From positions 6,894-70,893 of the forward strand of contig CAZYAO010000014.1 in assembly GCA_964645715.1 (NCBI GenBank): a stretch of 64,000 nucleotides of DNA, given 5' to 3'. The position numbers and the translations under genes are program-made. Numbering within the stretch: the stretch's first letter is position 1; every line of letters starts with the position of its first letter. Under the pieces are notes generated by a model. That model was not told the DNA's origin and searched no databases. It saw only the letters and a program-made list of their open reading frames with translations. The stretch comes from an uncultured Saprospiraceae bacterium. GTDB taxonomy: Bacteria > Bacteroidota > Bacteroidia > Chitinophagales > Saprospiraceae. Below are positions 51,522-60,113 of the stretch, piece after piece.

Positions 51522-53837
51522 ATGAAGCAATACATACAACACGACGAGTGGCGTATTCTGGAAGAAGGTTTTGTTCCTGAATACAATAAAATATCGGAAA
51601 GCCTGTTCAGCATTGGCAATGGCTATCAGGGACAGCGAGCCAATTTTGAGGAGCAGTACAGTGGCGAAAGCCTGCAGGGAAGCTACCTTGCAGGCATTTA
51701 TTATCCGGATAAAACGCGGGTTGGTTGGTGGAAGATTGGCTATCCCGAATCTTTTGCCAAGGTGCTCAACGCCCCCAACTGGATTGGGCTCGACGTTGAG
51801 TTTGACGGATTGGCGCTGGATTTGGCGAAGTGCAAAATACTGTCCTTCCGAAGAGAACTCAATATGCAGGCGGGCTATCTCGAACGCAGTTTTACTGCAC
51901 AGATAGCCGAAGGACGTACGGTAGAGGTAAAAGCCACCCGCTTTTGCAGTATAGTCGACAAAGAAGCCGGAGCGATTCGCTACACCATCAAGCCCCTGGA
52001 TTTCAGTGCCACGCTACTCATCCGCTCTTACATTGATGGAGACGTCAAAAACCAGGATGCCAACTGGGAAGAAAAATTCTGGCAGGAAGTTGACACCCGG
52101 GCTCGCCGCCGCTCGGCCTATGTAATCACACAAACCAAAAAGACAGCTTTTCAGGTATGCACCGGCATGAAGTTTGGCATTGTACACAATGGGGAAGAGC
52201 TGGACATCAAAAGTCAGCGCATAGAGCGCGAGAAATATGCCGGTTGCGCCACAGAAATCAGCGTAAAAGCAGGCGATGAGGTAGTCGTCTACAAGTATGC
52301 TGCCAACGTGACCTCTCGTGACCACCTGCCTGCGCAATTGCTGGATCGATGCAAGCAGGTTGTCAAGCAGGCTTTCAACAAAGGCTTTGACCAGATGCTC
52401 GCAGAGCAGGCTGAAGCATGGAAAGCTAAGTGGGCAGAAGCGGATGTGCGCATAGAAGGTGACATTGCGGCCCAACAAGGCATACGATTCAACATTTTTC
52501 AGCTGTACCAAACGTATACAGGTGAAGATGAGCGCCTCAACATAGGCCCAAAAGGCTTTACGGGCGAAAAATACGGCGGCAGCACCTACTGGGATACAGA
52601 AGCCTACTGCCTTCCTTTTTACCTTGCAACCGCTGAGCCCAAAGTAGCTGCTAATTTGCTCGTGTATCGCTATAAACACCTTGGCAAGGCCATTGAAAAT
52701 GCTGCCAAACTGGGTTTCAGACGAGGCGCTGCCCTCTATCCCATGGTGACGATGGATGGCTCGGAAAGTCACAACGAATGGGAGATTACCTTTGAAGAAA
52801 TTCACCGGAACGGCGCCATCGCCTACGCCATCTATGACTACATACGTTACACTGGGCACCAAACCTACCTCATCGATTACGGGCTAGAAGTGCTGATTGC
52901 CATTAGTCGCTTTTGGGCGCAGCGCGTGCATATATCGGAAGTAAAGGGTATGTATGTCATCCACGGTGTCACCGGACCCAACGAGTACGAAAACAATGTC
53001 AACAACAACTGGTACACCAACTATATTGCACGCTGGTGTATGGAGTACACGCTCACAGCCCTGGCATACGTAAAGGCGCAGGCGCCGGACACCTATGCGG
53101 CACTGGCTGAGCGTATACATTTTGACGAAAAGGAAGAAGCAGCTCGCTGGCAGACGATTGCAGCCAATATCTACCTGCCTGAAGACAGCGAGCGGGGTGT
53201 CTTCCTGCAGCAGGAAGGATTTTTGGACAAAGAGTTACTCACGACCGATCAGCTGGATCCTGCGGAGCGCCCCATCAACCAGCACTGGAGCTGGGACAGA
53301 ATTCTCCGCTCGGTATTCATCAAGCAGGCCGACGTACTGCAGGGCTTATACTTCTTTGAAGATGCTTTTGATAAAGAGACCATAGCCCGCAACTTCGATT
53401 TCTACGAACCCCGAACGGTTCATGAATCTTCGCTCTCCCCCTGTGTACACTCCATTTTGGCAGCTGCCCTTGGCAAAGAGGAGAAAGCGTATGAAATGTA
53501 TCTGCGCACTGCGCGGCTAGATTTGGACGATTACAACAACGACACCGAGGACGGCTGCCACATTACCAGTATGGCCGGTGCGTGGATGTCCGTTGTGAAA
53601 GGATTTGGCGGCATGCGAGTTTATGATGACGTGTTGCAGTTCAACCCAATCATCCCTCAACAGTGGCAGTCATACACCTTCTCCATCTCCTTCAGAGAGC
53701 GGCAGCTCGACATACGCGTAACGCATCAGGCGGTAGAACTCCTCAACAAGAGCAGCGAGGCGGTAATTTGCCGTGTGTATGGTATGCCCTATGAGCTTAC
53801 AGCCAATAACCTATTGAAAATCGCCAGAAATCAGTAA
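51522..53837 (+). CDS. GH65 disaccharide (maltose-type) phosphorylase
   Basis: 771 aa with a typical GH65 N-terminus (DEWRILEEGF, SESLFSIGNGYQGQR) and a catalytic region (YWDTEAY). Specificity is inferred only from the neighbouring pgmB and GH13 genes. Confidence 0.85.
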   Translation: MKQYIQHDEWRILEEGFVPEYNKISESLFSIGNGYQGQRANFEEQYSGESLQGSYLAGIYYPDKTRVGWWKIGYPESFAKVLNAPNWIGLDVEFDGLALDLAKCKILSFRRELNMQAGYLERSFTAQIAEGRTVEVKATRFCSIVDKEAGAIRYTIKPLDFSATLLIRSYIDGDVKNQDANWEEKFWQEVDTRARRRSAYVITQTKKTAFQVCTGMKFGIVHNGEELDIKSQRIEREKYAGCATEISVKAGDEVVVYKYAANVTSRDHLPAQLLDRCKQVVKQAFNKGFDQMLAEQAEAWKAKWAEADVRIEGDIAAQQGIRFNIFQLYQTYTGEDERLNIGPKGFTGEKYGGSTYWDTEAYCLPFYLATAEPKVAANLLVYRYKHLGKAIENAAKLGFRRGAALYPMVTMDGSESHNEWEITFEEIHRNGAIAYAIYDYIRYTGHQTYLIDYGLEVLIAISRFWAQRVHISEVKGMYVIHGVTGPNEYENNVNNNWYTNYIARWCMEYTLTALAYVKAQAPDTYAALAERIHFDEKEEAARWQTIAANIYLPEDSERGVFLQQEGFLDKELLTTDQLDPAERPINQHWSWDRILRSVFIKQADVLQGLYFFEDAFDKETIARNFDFYEPRTVHESSLSPCVHSILAAALGKEEKAYEMYLRTARLDLDDYNNDTEDGCHITSMAGAWMSVVKGFGGMRVYDDVLQFNPIIPQQWQSYTFSISFRERQLDIRVTHQAVELLNKSSEAVICRVYGMPYELTANNLLKIARNQ

Positions 53838-53866
53838 TTTTGTTTGACCATTCAATTTGTTCGTAT

Positions 53867-54424
53867 ATGAAAAAAATATTTATTTTGGTCTTTCTCGCGT
53901 GGGCATTTTATGGCTGCAAATCTGACCAGGCACCCACGCAGGCAGAGCAATCTCAGGCGCCCGGTATAGATCCCGGCATATACAAGCCCGCCCCATCAGG
54001 CCCCGGCTCTTTTCGCTCGGCCATCCCGGTTCCTATCAATTCAAGAGAAGCACAGGTAATCACCCAACAGTACTGGGTATTTGAATACTACATTGACCCC
54101 CAGACACCTACCAACAATCGCCCCAACAGAGGTCGCTGGTACAAGCTCAATCCCGACGGCACTTTTGAGAGTGGCCATTGGGATAAAAAAACAGCCCAGG
54201 GTAGCTGGGGCTTAGGTCGCAGCGAGGATCAGCAGTTTGTGACTGTCCACTTTGACAGCAGCATTGATGCTGAGGACAGTGAGTACATGATTCAAGGCAT
54301 CAATGATCAGGACGATGCCATGAGCTGGGTAGGTACAGACTATTATGGTCAGGGGCATATTATGATTAAAGTCATCAAGTTGCTGACGATGCCCACCAAA
54401 AAGCAATTTGGGGTAGAGGAGTAG
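53867..54424 (+). CDS. Hypothetical lipoprotein inside the maltose/starch cluster
   Basis: Lipoprotein signal MKKIFILVFLAWAFYGC. I recognise no family. Confidence 0.6.
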   Translation: MKKIFILVFLAWAFYGCKSDQAPTQAEQSQAPGIDPGIYKPAPSGPGSFRSAIPVPINSREAQVITQQYWVFEYYIDPQTPTNNRPNRGRWYKLNPDGTFESGHWDKKTAQGSWGLGRSEDQQFVTVHFDSSIDAEDSEYMIQGINDQDDAMSWVGTDYYGQGHIMIKVIKLLTMPTKKQFGVEE

Positions 54425-54535
54425 ACAGCAGACGAAGAGAGTCGAAGATATTTTGGAAAAATACAGTTGCCTGCACACGCAGTGCATAATCGGCGCTATG
54501 CGGATTATGCAGGGTATGTAGGGTCTTATTTTGGT

Positions 54536-54584
54536 AAAAATCAATTACTACTGCCCGCTTGGCGGGCAGTAGTAATTGATTTTT
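54536..54584 (+). terminator. Long perfect hairpin after the lipoprotein gene
   Basis: 23-nt arms aaaaatcaattactactgcccgc / gcgggcagtagtaattgattttt with a 3-nt loop. The 3' arm ends in a T run. Confidence 0.65.
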
Positions 54585-54615
54585 AAGATACTTTTTCACG
54601 CAACAATTGCCGGGT

Positions 54616-56040
54616 ATGGAGAAACGCAAAAATTTGTTCGCCTTCATTGCAGCACTTATCATAGTGCTGGGCGCCTTTGCATGTCGCAACAATGGTGAAG
54701 CAGGCTACTTCAACCCGTTTTCGGTAGGTGACAGCGGATGGGGCAAACCTTCGGCTGCCACACCGGCCTGGGCTGAGCAGGCTAATATTTACGAAGTCAA
54801 TATCCGGCAGTACAGTCCTGAAGGAACCTTCGATGCTTTCGCAGCCCATTTACCCCGGTTAAAGACCATGGGGGTAGATATCCTGTGGCTCATGCCAATT
54901 CATCCTGTGAGCCTCAGCAAGCGCAAGGGAAGTCTGGGAAGTTATTATGCCGTTGCCGACTACCGGGGTATCAATCCCGAATTTGGCACACACAGTGACT
55001 TCCGACGACTGGTCGACAGCATCCACACCCTGGGTATGCGCGTCATCATCGACTGGGTACCCAACCATACGGGCTGGGACAATCCATGGATTACAGCGCA
55101 GCCAGATTGGTATACGCAGGACACAGCCGGTAACATTGTTGACCCCATTGATCCCGCTACCGGTAAATCCTGGGGCTGGACCGATGTAGCCGATCTCAAC
55201 TACGACAATGCCGATATGCGAGCAGCCATGATTGCCGACATGTTGTACTGGGTTGACTCCTTTGCTATTGACGGTTTTCGCTGCGACGTAGCCTCCGAGG
55301 TACCCGATGACTTTTGGGAAGAAGCTGTTGCGCAATTGCGCAAACACAAACCGGATATCTTCATGCTGGCGGAGGCGGAGCACCCTCCTCATCGCAACAA
55401 AGAATTATTTGCCATGTCGTATGGCTGGTCTTTCCACCACCTCCTCAACCGTATTGCCAAGGAGCAGGCAGGGCCGGCAGATGTAAAAGCATGGTGGGAA
55501 GCAGACAAGAAGACTTTCAAGCGCGGCTACCACATGCATTTCATTACCAATCACGATGAGAATTCGTGGAATGGTAGCGAGTACGAACGCATGGGACCGG
55601 CAGTTGATGCTCTGGCAGTATTGGCATTTACGTTGGACGGCATGCCCCTTATTTACAGTGGGCAGGAAGCAGGAATGAATAAGCGGCTACGCTTTTTTGA
55701 CAAAGATACCATCCCCTGGGGTGATTTCAGTCGCAGCGGTTTTTACCAAAGCCTGCTGCAATTAAAGCATGAAAATCCGGTGCTGGCCAACGGCCCGTCG
55801 GGGGCAGACCCTGAGTTTCTCGACTTTGAGGCGCCCAGTGTGCTTGGCTACTATCGCCGTAAGGATGCAGAAACCGTGCTGGTTTTGCTTAACCTTAGTG
55901 CAGCGCCGGTAAGCTTTAGCTGGGACAAAGAAAATCTGGCAGGTGCCTACAGAGATGTTTTTCAGCAAAAGACCCGCGAGCTTAACATGCGGGGAATTAT
56001 TCAATTACCAGCCTGGGGTTATCTGGTGCTGAGCCTTTAA
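54616..56040 (+). CDS. GH13 alpha-amylase family lipoprotein
   Basis: GH13 regions I DWVPNHT, II GFRCDVA, III MLAEAE and IV FITNHDE. Lipoprotein signal ends GAFAC. Confidence 0.88.
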   Translation: MEKRKNLFAFIAALIIVLGAFACRNNGEAGYFNPFSVGDSGWGKPSAATPAWAEQANIYEVNIRQYSPEGTFDAFAAHLPRLKTMGVDILWLMPIHPVSLSKRKGSLGSYYAVADYRGINPEFGTHSDFRRLVDSIHTLGMRVIIDWVPNHTGWDNPWITAQPDWYTQDTAGNIVDPIDPATGKSWGWTDVADLNYDNADMRAAMIADMLYWVDSFAIDGFRCDVASEVPDDFWEEAVAQLRKHKPDIFMLAEAEHPPHRNKELFAMSYGWSFHHLLNRIAKEQAGPADVKAWWEADKKTFKRGYHMHFITNHDENSWNGSEYERMGPAVDALAVLAFTLDGMPLIYSGQEAGMNKRLRFFDKDTIPWGDFSRSGFYQSLLQLKHENPVLANGPSGADPEFLDFEAPSVLGYYRRKDAETVLVLLNLSAAPVSFSWDKENLAGAYRDVFQQKTRELNMRGIIQLPAWGYLVLSL

Positions 56041-56050
56041 TTTCAATAAT

Positions 56051-57988
56051 ATGTTCCGCTTCACTATTCTCCTTCTGGCCGTTGCCCAGTCGTTTACGCT
56101 GACGGCCCAGACCGAAGACCCTGCCATGCAGCGCCTGCCGGCGGGGGTAGAAAGATCTGTTTACAGACAGCGGCTGCCGACTGGTGGCCAAGTAGACCGT
56201 GCGCGGGTTGAGCCCCCCAATTGGTGGACGGGCATGTCGCATCCTACGGTTGAAGTACTGTTGTACGACCAGGCCATACGCGAGCTTGCACCAAAAGTAT
56301 CGTATCCGGGGGTCAGCATCAGGGAAGTCACCCGGCTTGACAATCCCAACTACCTGTTTGTTACACTTCACATCGGCCCCGGCACACAGCCAGGCAGCTT
56401 TGCCATCAGTCTGCACGATAGCGGGGGTAAAGAAGTAAAACGCTACCCTTATCAACTGCTACCTGGTGGTGGCCCCAACTTTGAACCGGGCGGGGTAGAA
56501 CCGAGTGACTGCATCTACCTGATTATGCCTGATCGCTTTGCCAACGGAGACAGCTCCAACGATGAGATCCGGTCTATGAAGCAGACAGGAATAGCCCGCG
56601 ACAAGATTTTCTTTCGCCATGGCGGTGACCTGTCAGGAATCCGACAACAACTTGACTACCTGCAGGATATGGGCATTACTGCCCTCTGGCTCAATCCGGT
56701 GATGGAAAACAACCAGCCCTATGAAAGTTACCATGGCTATGCCGTAACTGACCATTATGCCATTGACCGCCGCTTTGGAAGCAATGACGACTATGTTCAG
56801 TTGGTAAGCCAGCTGCACCAGCGAGGAATGAAGATGATCATGGATGTCATCTTCAACCATGCAGGTGACGAGCATTGGTTTATCCGCGATATTCCCTCTG
56901 CCGACTGGATACACCAAGACTGGACAGAATTTACACAGTCCAACTTTCGTGCGCCCGTAGTGCTGGATCCCTATGCCTCGGCGTACGACCGCCGGCGTAT
57001 GCATGAAGGCTGGTTTGACCACCACATGCCTGATCTCAACCAACGGCAGCCACAGCTGGCCAACTACCTGATTCAAAACAGCATTTGGTGGGTTGCCTTC
57101 AGCGGTCACGACGGCTACCGGATAGATACCTATCCCTACCCTGATCAGGCATTCATGGCGGAGTGGGCGCGCAGGCTGCGGGCAGAATTTCCTGGTCTGG
57201 GCATTTTTGGGGAAGTATGGGAGCACGGACCTGGCATACAGGCAGGCTTTGACGGAGACAACCCGCAACGGGACGATATGAATACCCGCCTGCCGGGGTT
57301 AACGGATTTTCAGGTATATTTTGCCATTCACGAGGCGCTCAACCGAGAGCAGGGCTGGACGGAAGGAACCGCTCGCCTTTATTACACGCTGGCACAGGAC
57401 TACCTCTATCAAAGTCCCTACCACCATGTGACTTTCCTGGACAACCACGACACCCAACGATTCTTTAGTGCTGTGGGAGAAGATCTGCAAAAATTCAAGT
57501 CCGGTATAGCAATGCTGATGACTCTTCGCGGAGTACCTATGTTGTACTATGGTACGGAAATTCTCATGACAGGAACAGGCGGCGCCTTTGGGGAGGCCGG
57601 CCGGCGCGATTTTCCGGGCGGCTGGCCCAATGATTCCGTCAACAAATTTGTAGAGAAAGGGAGGAGTATACAGGAACAGGAAGCCTATACATTCATCCGG
57701 ACGCTGGCGCGATACCGACGCGAAAACAGCGTACTGCAGGACGGAAAGCTCATGCAGTTTGTACCCAAAGACAATGTATACGTATACTTCCGCTACAACG
57801 GTGAAAAAACCGTGATGGTCGCCTACAACTCAGGCAACAGTGCAGCTACTGTATCCACTACCCCTTATGAAGAGCGTATGGCAGGGTATCGCCAGGCCTA
57901 TGATGTCATCAGTGGAAAAATGGTAACAGACATCCGTTCCTTTGAATTAGCTGCTAAAGGGAGTGTCGTGTGGGAGTTGCGTCCGTAG
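56051..57988 (+). CDS. GH13 alpha-amylase family enzyme, cyclomaltodextrinase/neopullulanase-like, with an N-terminal extra domain
   Basis: Signal peptide present. GH13 regions DVIFNHAG, GYRIDTYPY, FGEVWE and FLDNHD. Confidence 0.85.
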   Translation: MFRFTILLLAVAQSFTLTAQTEDPAMQRLPAGVERSVYRQRLPTGGQVDRARVEPPNWWTGMSHPTVEVLLYDQAIRELAPKVSYPGVSIREVTRLDNPNYLFVTLHIGPGTQPGSFAISLHDSGGKEVKRYPYQLLPGGGPNFEPGGVEPSDCIYLIMPDRFANGDSSNDEIRSMKQTGIARDKIFFRHGGDLSGIRQQLDYLQDMGITALWLNPVMENNQPYESYHGYAVTDHYAIDRRFGSNDDYVQLVSQLHQRGMKMIMDVIFNHAGDEHWFIRDIPSADWIHQDWTEFTQSNFRAPVVLDPYASAYDRRRMHEGWFDHHMPDLNQRQPQLANYLIQNSIWWVAFSGHDGYRIDTYPYPDQAFMAEWARRLRAEFPGLGIFGEVWEHGPGIQAGFDGDNPQRDDMNTRLPGLTDFQVYFAIHEALNREQGWTEGTARLYYTLAQDYLYQSPYHHVTFLDNHDTQRFFSAVGEDLQKFKSGIAMLMTLRGVPMLYYGTEILMTGTGGAFGEAGRRDFPGGWPNDSVNKFVEKGRSIQEQEAYTFIRTLARYRRENSVLQDGKLMQFVPKDNVYVYFRYNGEKTVMVAYNSGNSAATVSTTPYEERMAGYRQAYDVISGKMVTDIRSFELAAKGSVVWELRP

Positions 57989-57990
57989 CT

Positions 57991-58035
57991 TCCTCTTTCT
58001 GGGGCTTGTTTTTCAAACAAGCCCCAGAAAGAGGA
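57991..58035 (+). terminator. Perfect 20-bp hairpin 2 nt after the GH13 stop
   Basis: tcctctttctggggcttgtt-tttca-aacaagccccagaaagagga. Confidence 0.6.
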
Positions 58036-58045
58036 ACTGCCCATA

Positions 58046-58073
58046 TTTTGGGGTAGTGTGGACCACCCCAAAA
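58046..58073 (-). terminator. 9-bp hairpin after the small minus-strand ORF
   Basis: ttttggggt ... accccaaaa arms with a 10-nt loop. Confidence 0.3.
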
Positions 58074-58085
58074 CATGCACTTTTG

Positions 58086-58325
58086 TTAATAATTTTTTGA
58101 GACGGTACCAATTTCCGTCTCGTATTTTTTCAGCAGGCGAGCCTGATGATCCGCAATTTTATTCAACACCTTAAGCTCTTGATCAATTTCGTCCATATCA
58201 TTGGCAAAATCGACTGATGAAGACAACCACTTTCGACGGCGATTGATGGAAAGAATTTTTTCGACTGTCTGGCTTAGTGCCATTTTAGTACGCAACCACC
58301 TTCGCTTCAACGATCTGTTTGTCAT
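58086..58325 (-). CDS. Hypothetical small basic coiled-coil protein
   Basis: 79-aa ORF with an ATG start, isolated between hairpins. It has no recognisable family, so coding status is uncertain. Confidence 0.35.
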   Translation of the reverse strand: MTNRSLKRRWLRTKMALSQTVEKILSINRRRKWLSSSVDFANDMDEIDQELKVLNKIADHQARLLKKYETEIGTVSKNY

Positions 58326-58475
58326 TGTGACATGTTTTTGGTTAGGCCAGAAGAATGTTCATCTCCGAACAAGTGCAAAACGTAAACGCAATATTAAGTA
58401 GAATATTTTTCAATAACTTTACTTTACCCAATTTTAACAAATCATATTTATCGACAGAATAACACGCTTACCCTC

Positions 58476-58524
58476 AAAAAAGTTCGGCTTCACGAAGGCA
58501 GGGAGACTGCATTTCGCGAAGCCG
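58476..58524 (-). terminator. Intrinsic terminator of the M20 amidohydrolase gene
   Basis: 12-bp stem with one mismatch (cggcttcacgaa / ttcgcgaagccg). On the minus strand AACUUUUUUGAGGG follows. Confidence 0.6.
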
Positions 58525-58611
58525 TTGTCATTTTGCTGCCAGCAGCGGTTATTTAGAAGCCAGTGAGTATCTGCGCTTGTATCGGTATGTTGCTTTCGGA
58601 CCATATAAAAT

Positions 58612-59913
58612 CTATTTGGGCATGAGCAGGTAATCAAGTGCGAGGTTGCAGTACACTTCAACGCCCAGTTTCATGCCACTTTCATCGATATAAAAGTCAG
58701 GTGTATGATGCGGAGCAACTTCCTCTGGCTTTTTATCGGGAGCCATTCCCCCCAGGAAGACAAATAAGCCGGGCACTTTTTCGGCAAAGAAAGAAAAATC
58801 TTCTGAACCCGTAACAGCCTTCCCCAGCACGACCTTATCAGCCCCTGCCACCTGCTGCAGCGTTGGCAGCATCTGGTTGGTCAGATCTGGATCGTTGTAG
58901 GTAACAGGATAGCCCTCTTCGATGATGACCTCCGCCTGTGCTCCCCAAGCCTCAGCAATATTGGAAGCCGTGCTGATGATGCGCTGGTGGATATCCTGCT
59001 GCATGGCTTTGTCGAGCGTGCGGATTGTCCCAATCAGCTCAACCTCTTCAGGAATGATATTTGACCGAACGCCACCAGAAATTTTGCCGATACTAATTAC
59101 GGCTGGTTCGTTGGTGATATCTACCTGTCGGCTCACAATATGCTGGAATCCCTGTATCACCTGAGCTGCGATGGTAATGGGATCGATACCACCCCAGGGA
59201 GCAGATCCATGTGCCTGTTTGCCCCTGATCTTTACCGTGAAGGCGTTTACCGCCGCCATGGTTCCACCGGGCTTATAGCGAACCGTCCCCACCGGCGTCT
59301 GGGAGTTTATATGAATACCAAAGATGGCATCTACCTTGGGATTATCAAGCACCCCTTGCTCGACCATCAGTTTGGCTCCACCCTGTTCCCCGGGAGGAGC
59401 GCCCTCTTCAGCAGGCTGAAAAATAAATACGACTGTGCCTTTAATCTGGTCGCGCATACCCGACAGGATTTGCGCAGCACCCATAAGCATGGCCACATGC
59501 GTATCATGGCCACAGGCATGCATTACCCCGACCTCTGCGCCGAGATACGTACTCTTTTCCCGGGAAGCAAAGGGGAGGTCAACGCGCTCGGCAACCGGCA
59601 AGGCGTCCATGTCCGCCCGCAAAGCCACTACGGGTCCCGGCTGAGCTCCCCGCAAAATACCCACGACCCCGGTATGCGCGACACCTGTACGGACTTCCAG
59701 ACCGAGAGCGCTCAGGTGTGAACTCACATAGGTCGCTGTTTTAAACTCGCGGTTACTCAGTTCAGGATATTGATGTAGGTGTCGCCTCCAGCTGACCACC
59801 TGCGATTCCAAAGCAGCTGCCTGTTCATTGATATAAGCGCGGTAAGGCGCTTGGGCAAAGCTTGTCGATGTTGCCACTAAAAAAATGGCTGCCAGTAATT
59901 TGTGAATTTTCAT
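58612..59913 (-). CDS. M20D-family amidohydrolase / carboxypeptidase, secreted
   Basis: Signal peptide, HACGHDTH and EEG (QPAEEGAPPG) metal-site motifs. 433 aa. Confidence 0.85.
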   Translation of the reverse strand: MKIHKLLAAIFLVATSTSFAQAPYRAYINEQAAALESQVVSWRRHLHQYPELSNREFKTATYVSSHLSALGLEVRTGVAHTGVVGILRGAQPGPVVALRADMDALPVAERVDLPFASREKSTYLGAEVGVMHACGHDTHVAMLMGAAQILSGMRDQIKGTVVFIFQPAEEGAPPGEQGGAKLMVEQGVLDNPKVDAIFGIHINSQTPVGTVRYKPGGTMAAVNAFTVKIRGKQAHGSAPWGGIDPITIAAQVIQGFQHIVSRQVDITNEPAVISIGKISGGVRSNIIPEEVELIGTIRTLDKAMQQDIHQRIISTASNIAEAWGAQAEVIIEEGYPVTYNDPDLTNQMLPTLQQVAGADKVVLGKAVTGSEDFSFFAEKVPGLFVFLGGMAPDKKPEEVAPHHTPDFYIDESGMKLGVEVYCNLALDYLLMPK

Positions 59914-59950
59914 ATATGCAATACATTGTAGTATTTATAAAGAACCTTAA

Positions 59951-59982
59951 CAAAAATAGCGATACAGGAATGAACCACCAAA
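59951..59982 (-). promoter_or_regulatory. Bacteroidota-type promoter upstream of the M20 gene (TTTG-N20-TAttTTTG)
   Basis: The minus strand has TTTG at 59982-59979 and TAttTTTG at 59958-59951, ending 37 nt upstream of ATG 59913. Confidence 0.35.
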
Positions 59983-60113
59983 CAAAATACCAATAATACC
60001 TTTTCCCTAACAACCTTATTGCCAATTATTATTATCTTAGCATAGCTTTTCTCCATATAACCATACTCGGCCTTCGCGTCAACAGCCCTTCATTTCAACT
60101 CATTAAGCTAAAA

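Noticed and set aside
52014-52862. 282-aa minus-strand ORF antisense to the GH65 phosphorylase
   Set aside because: It is a shadow ORF inside a confidently identified CDS and resembles no family.
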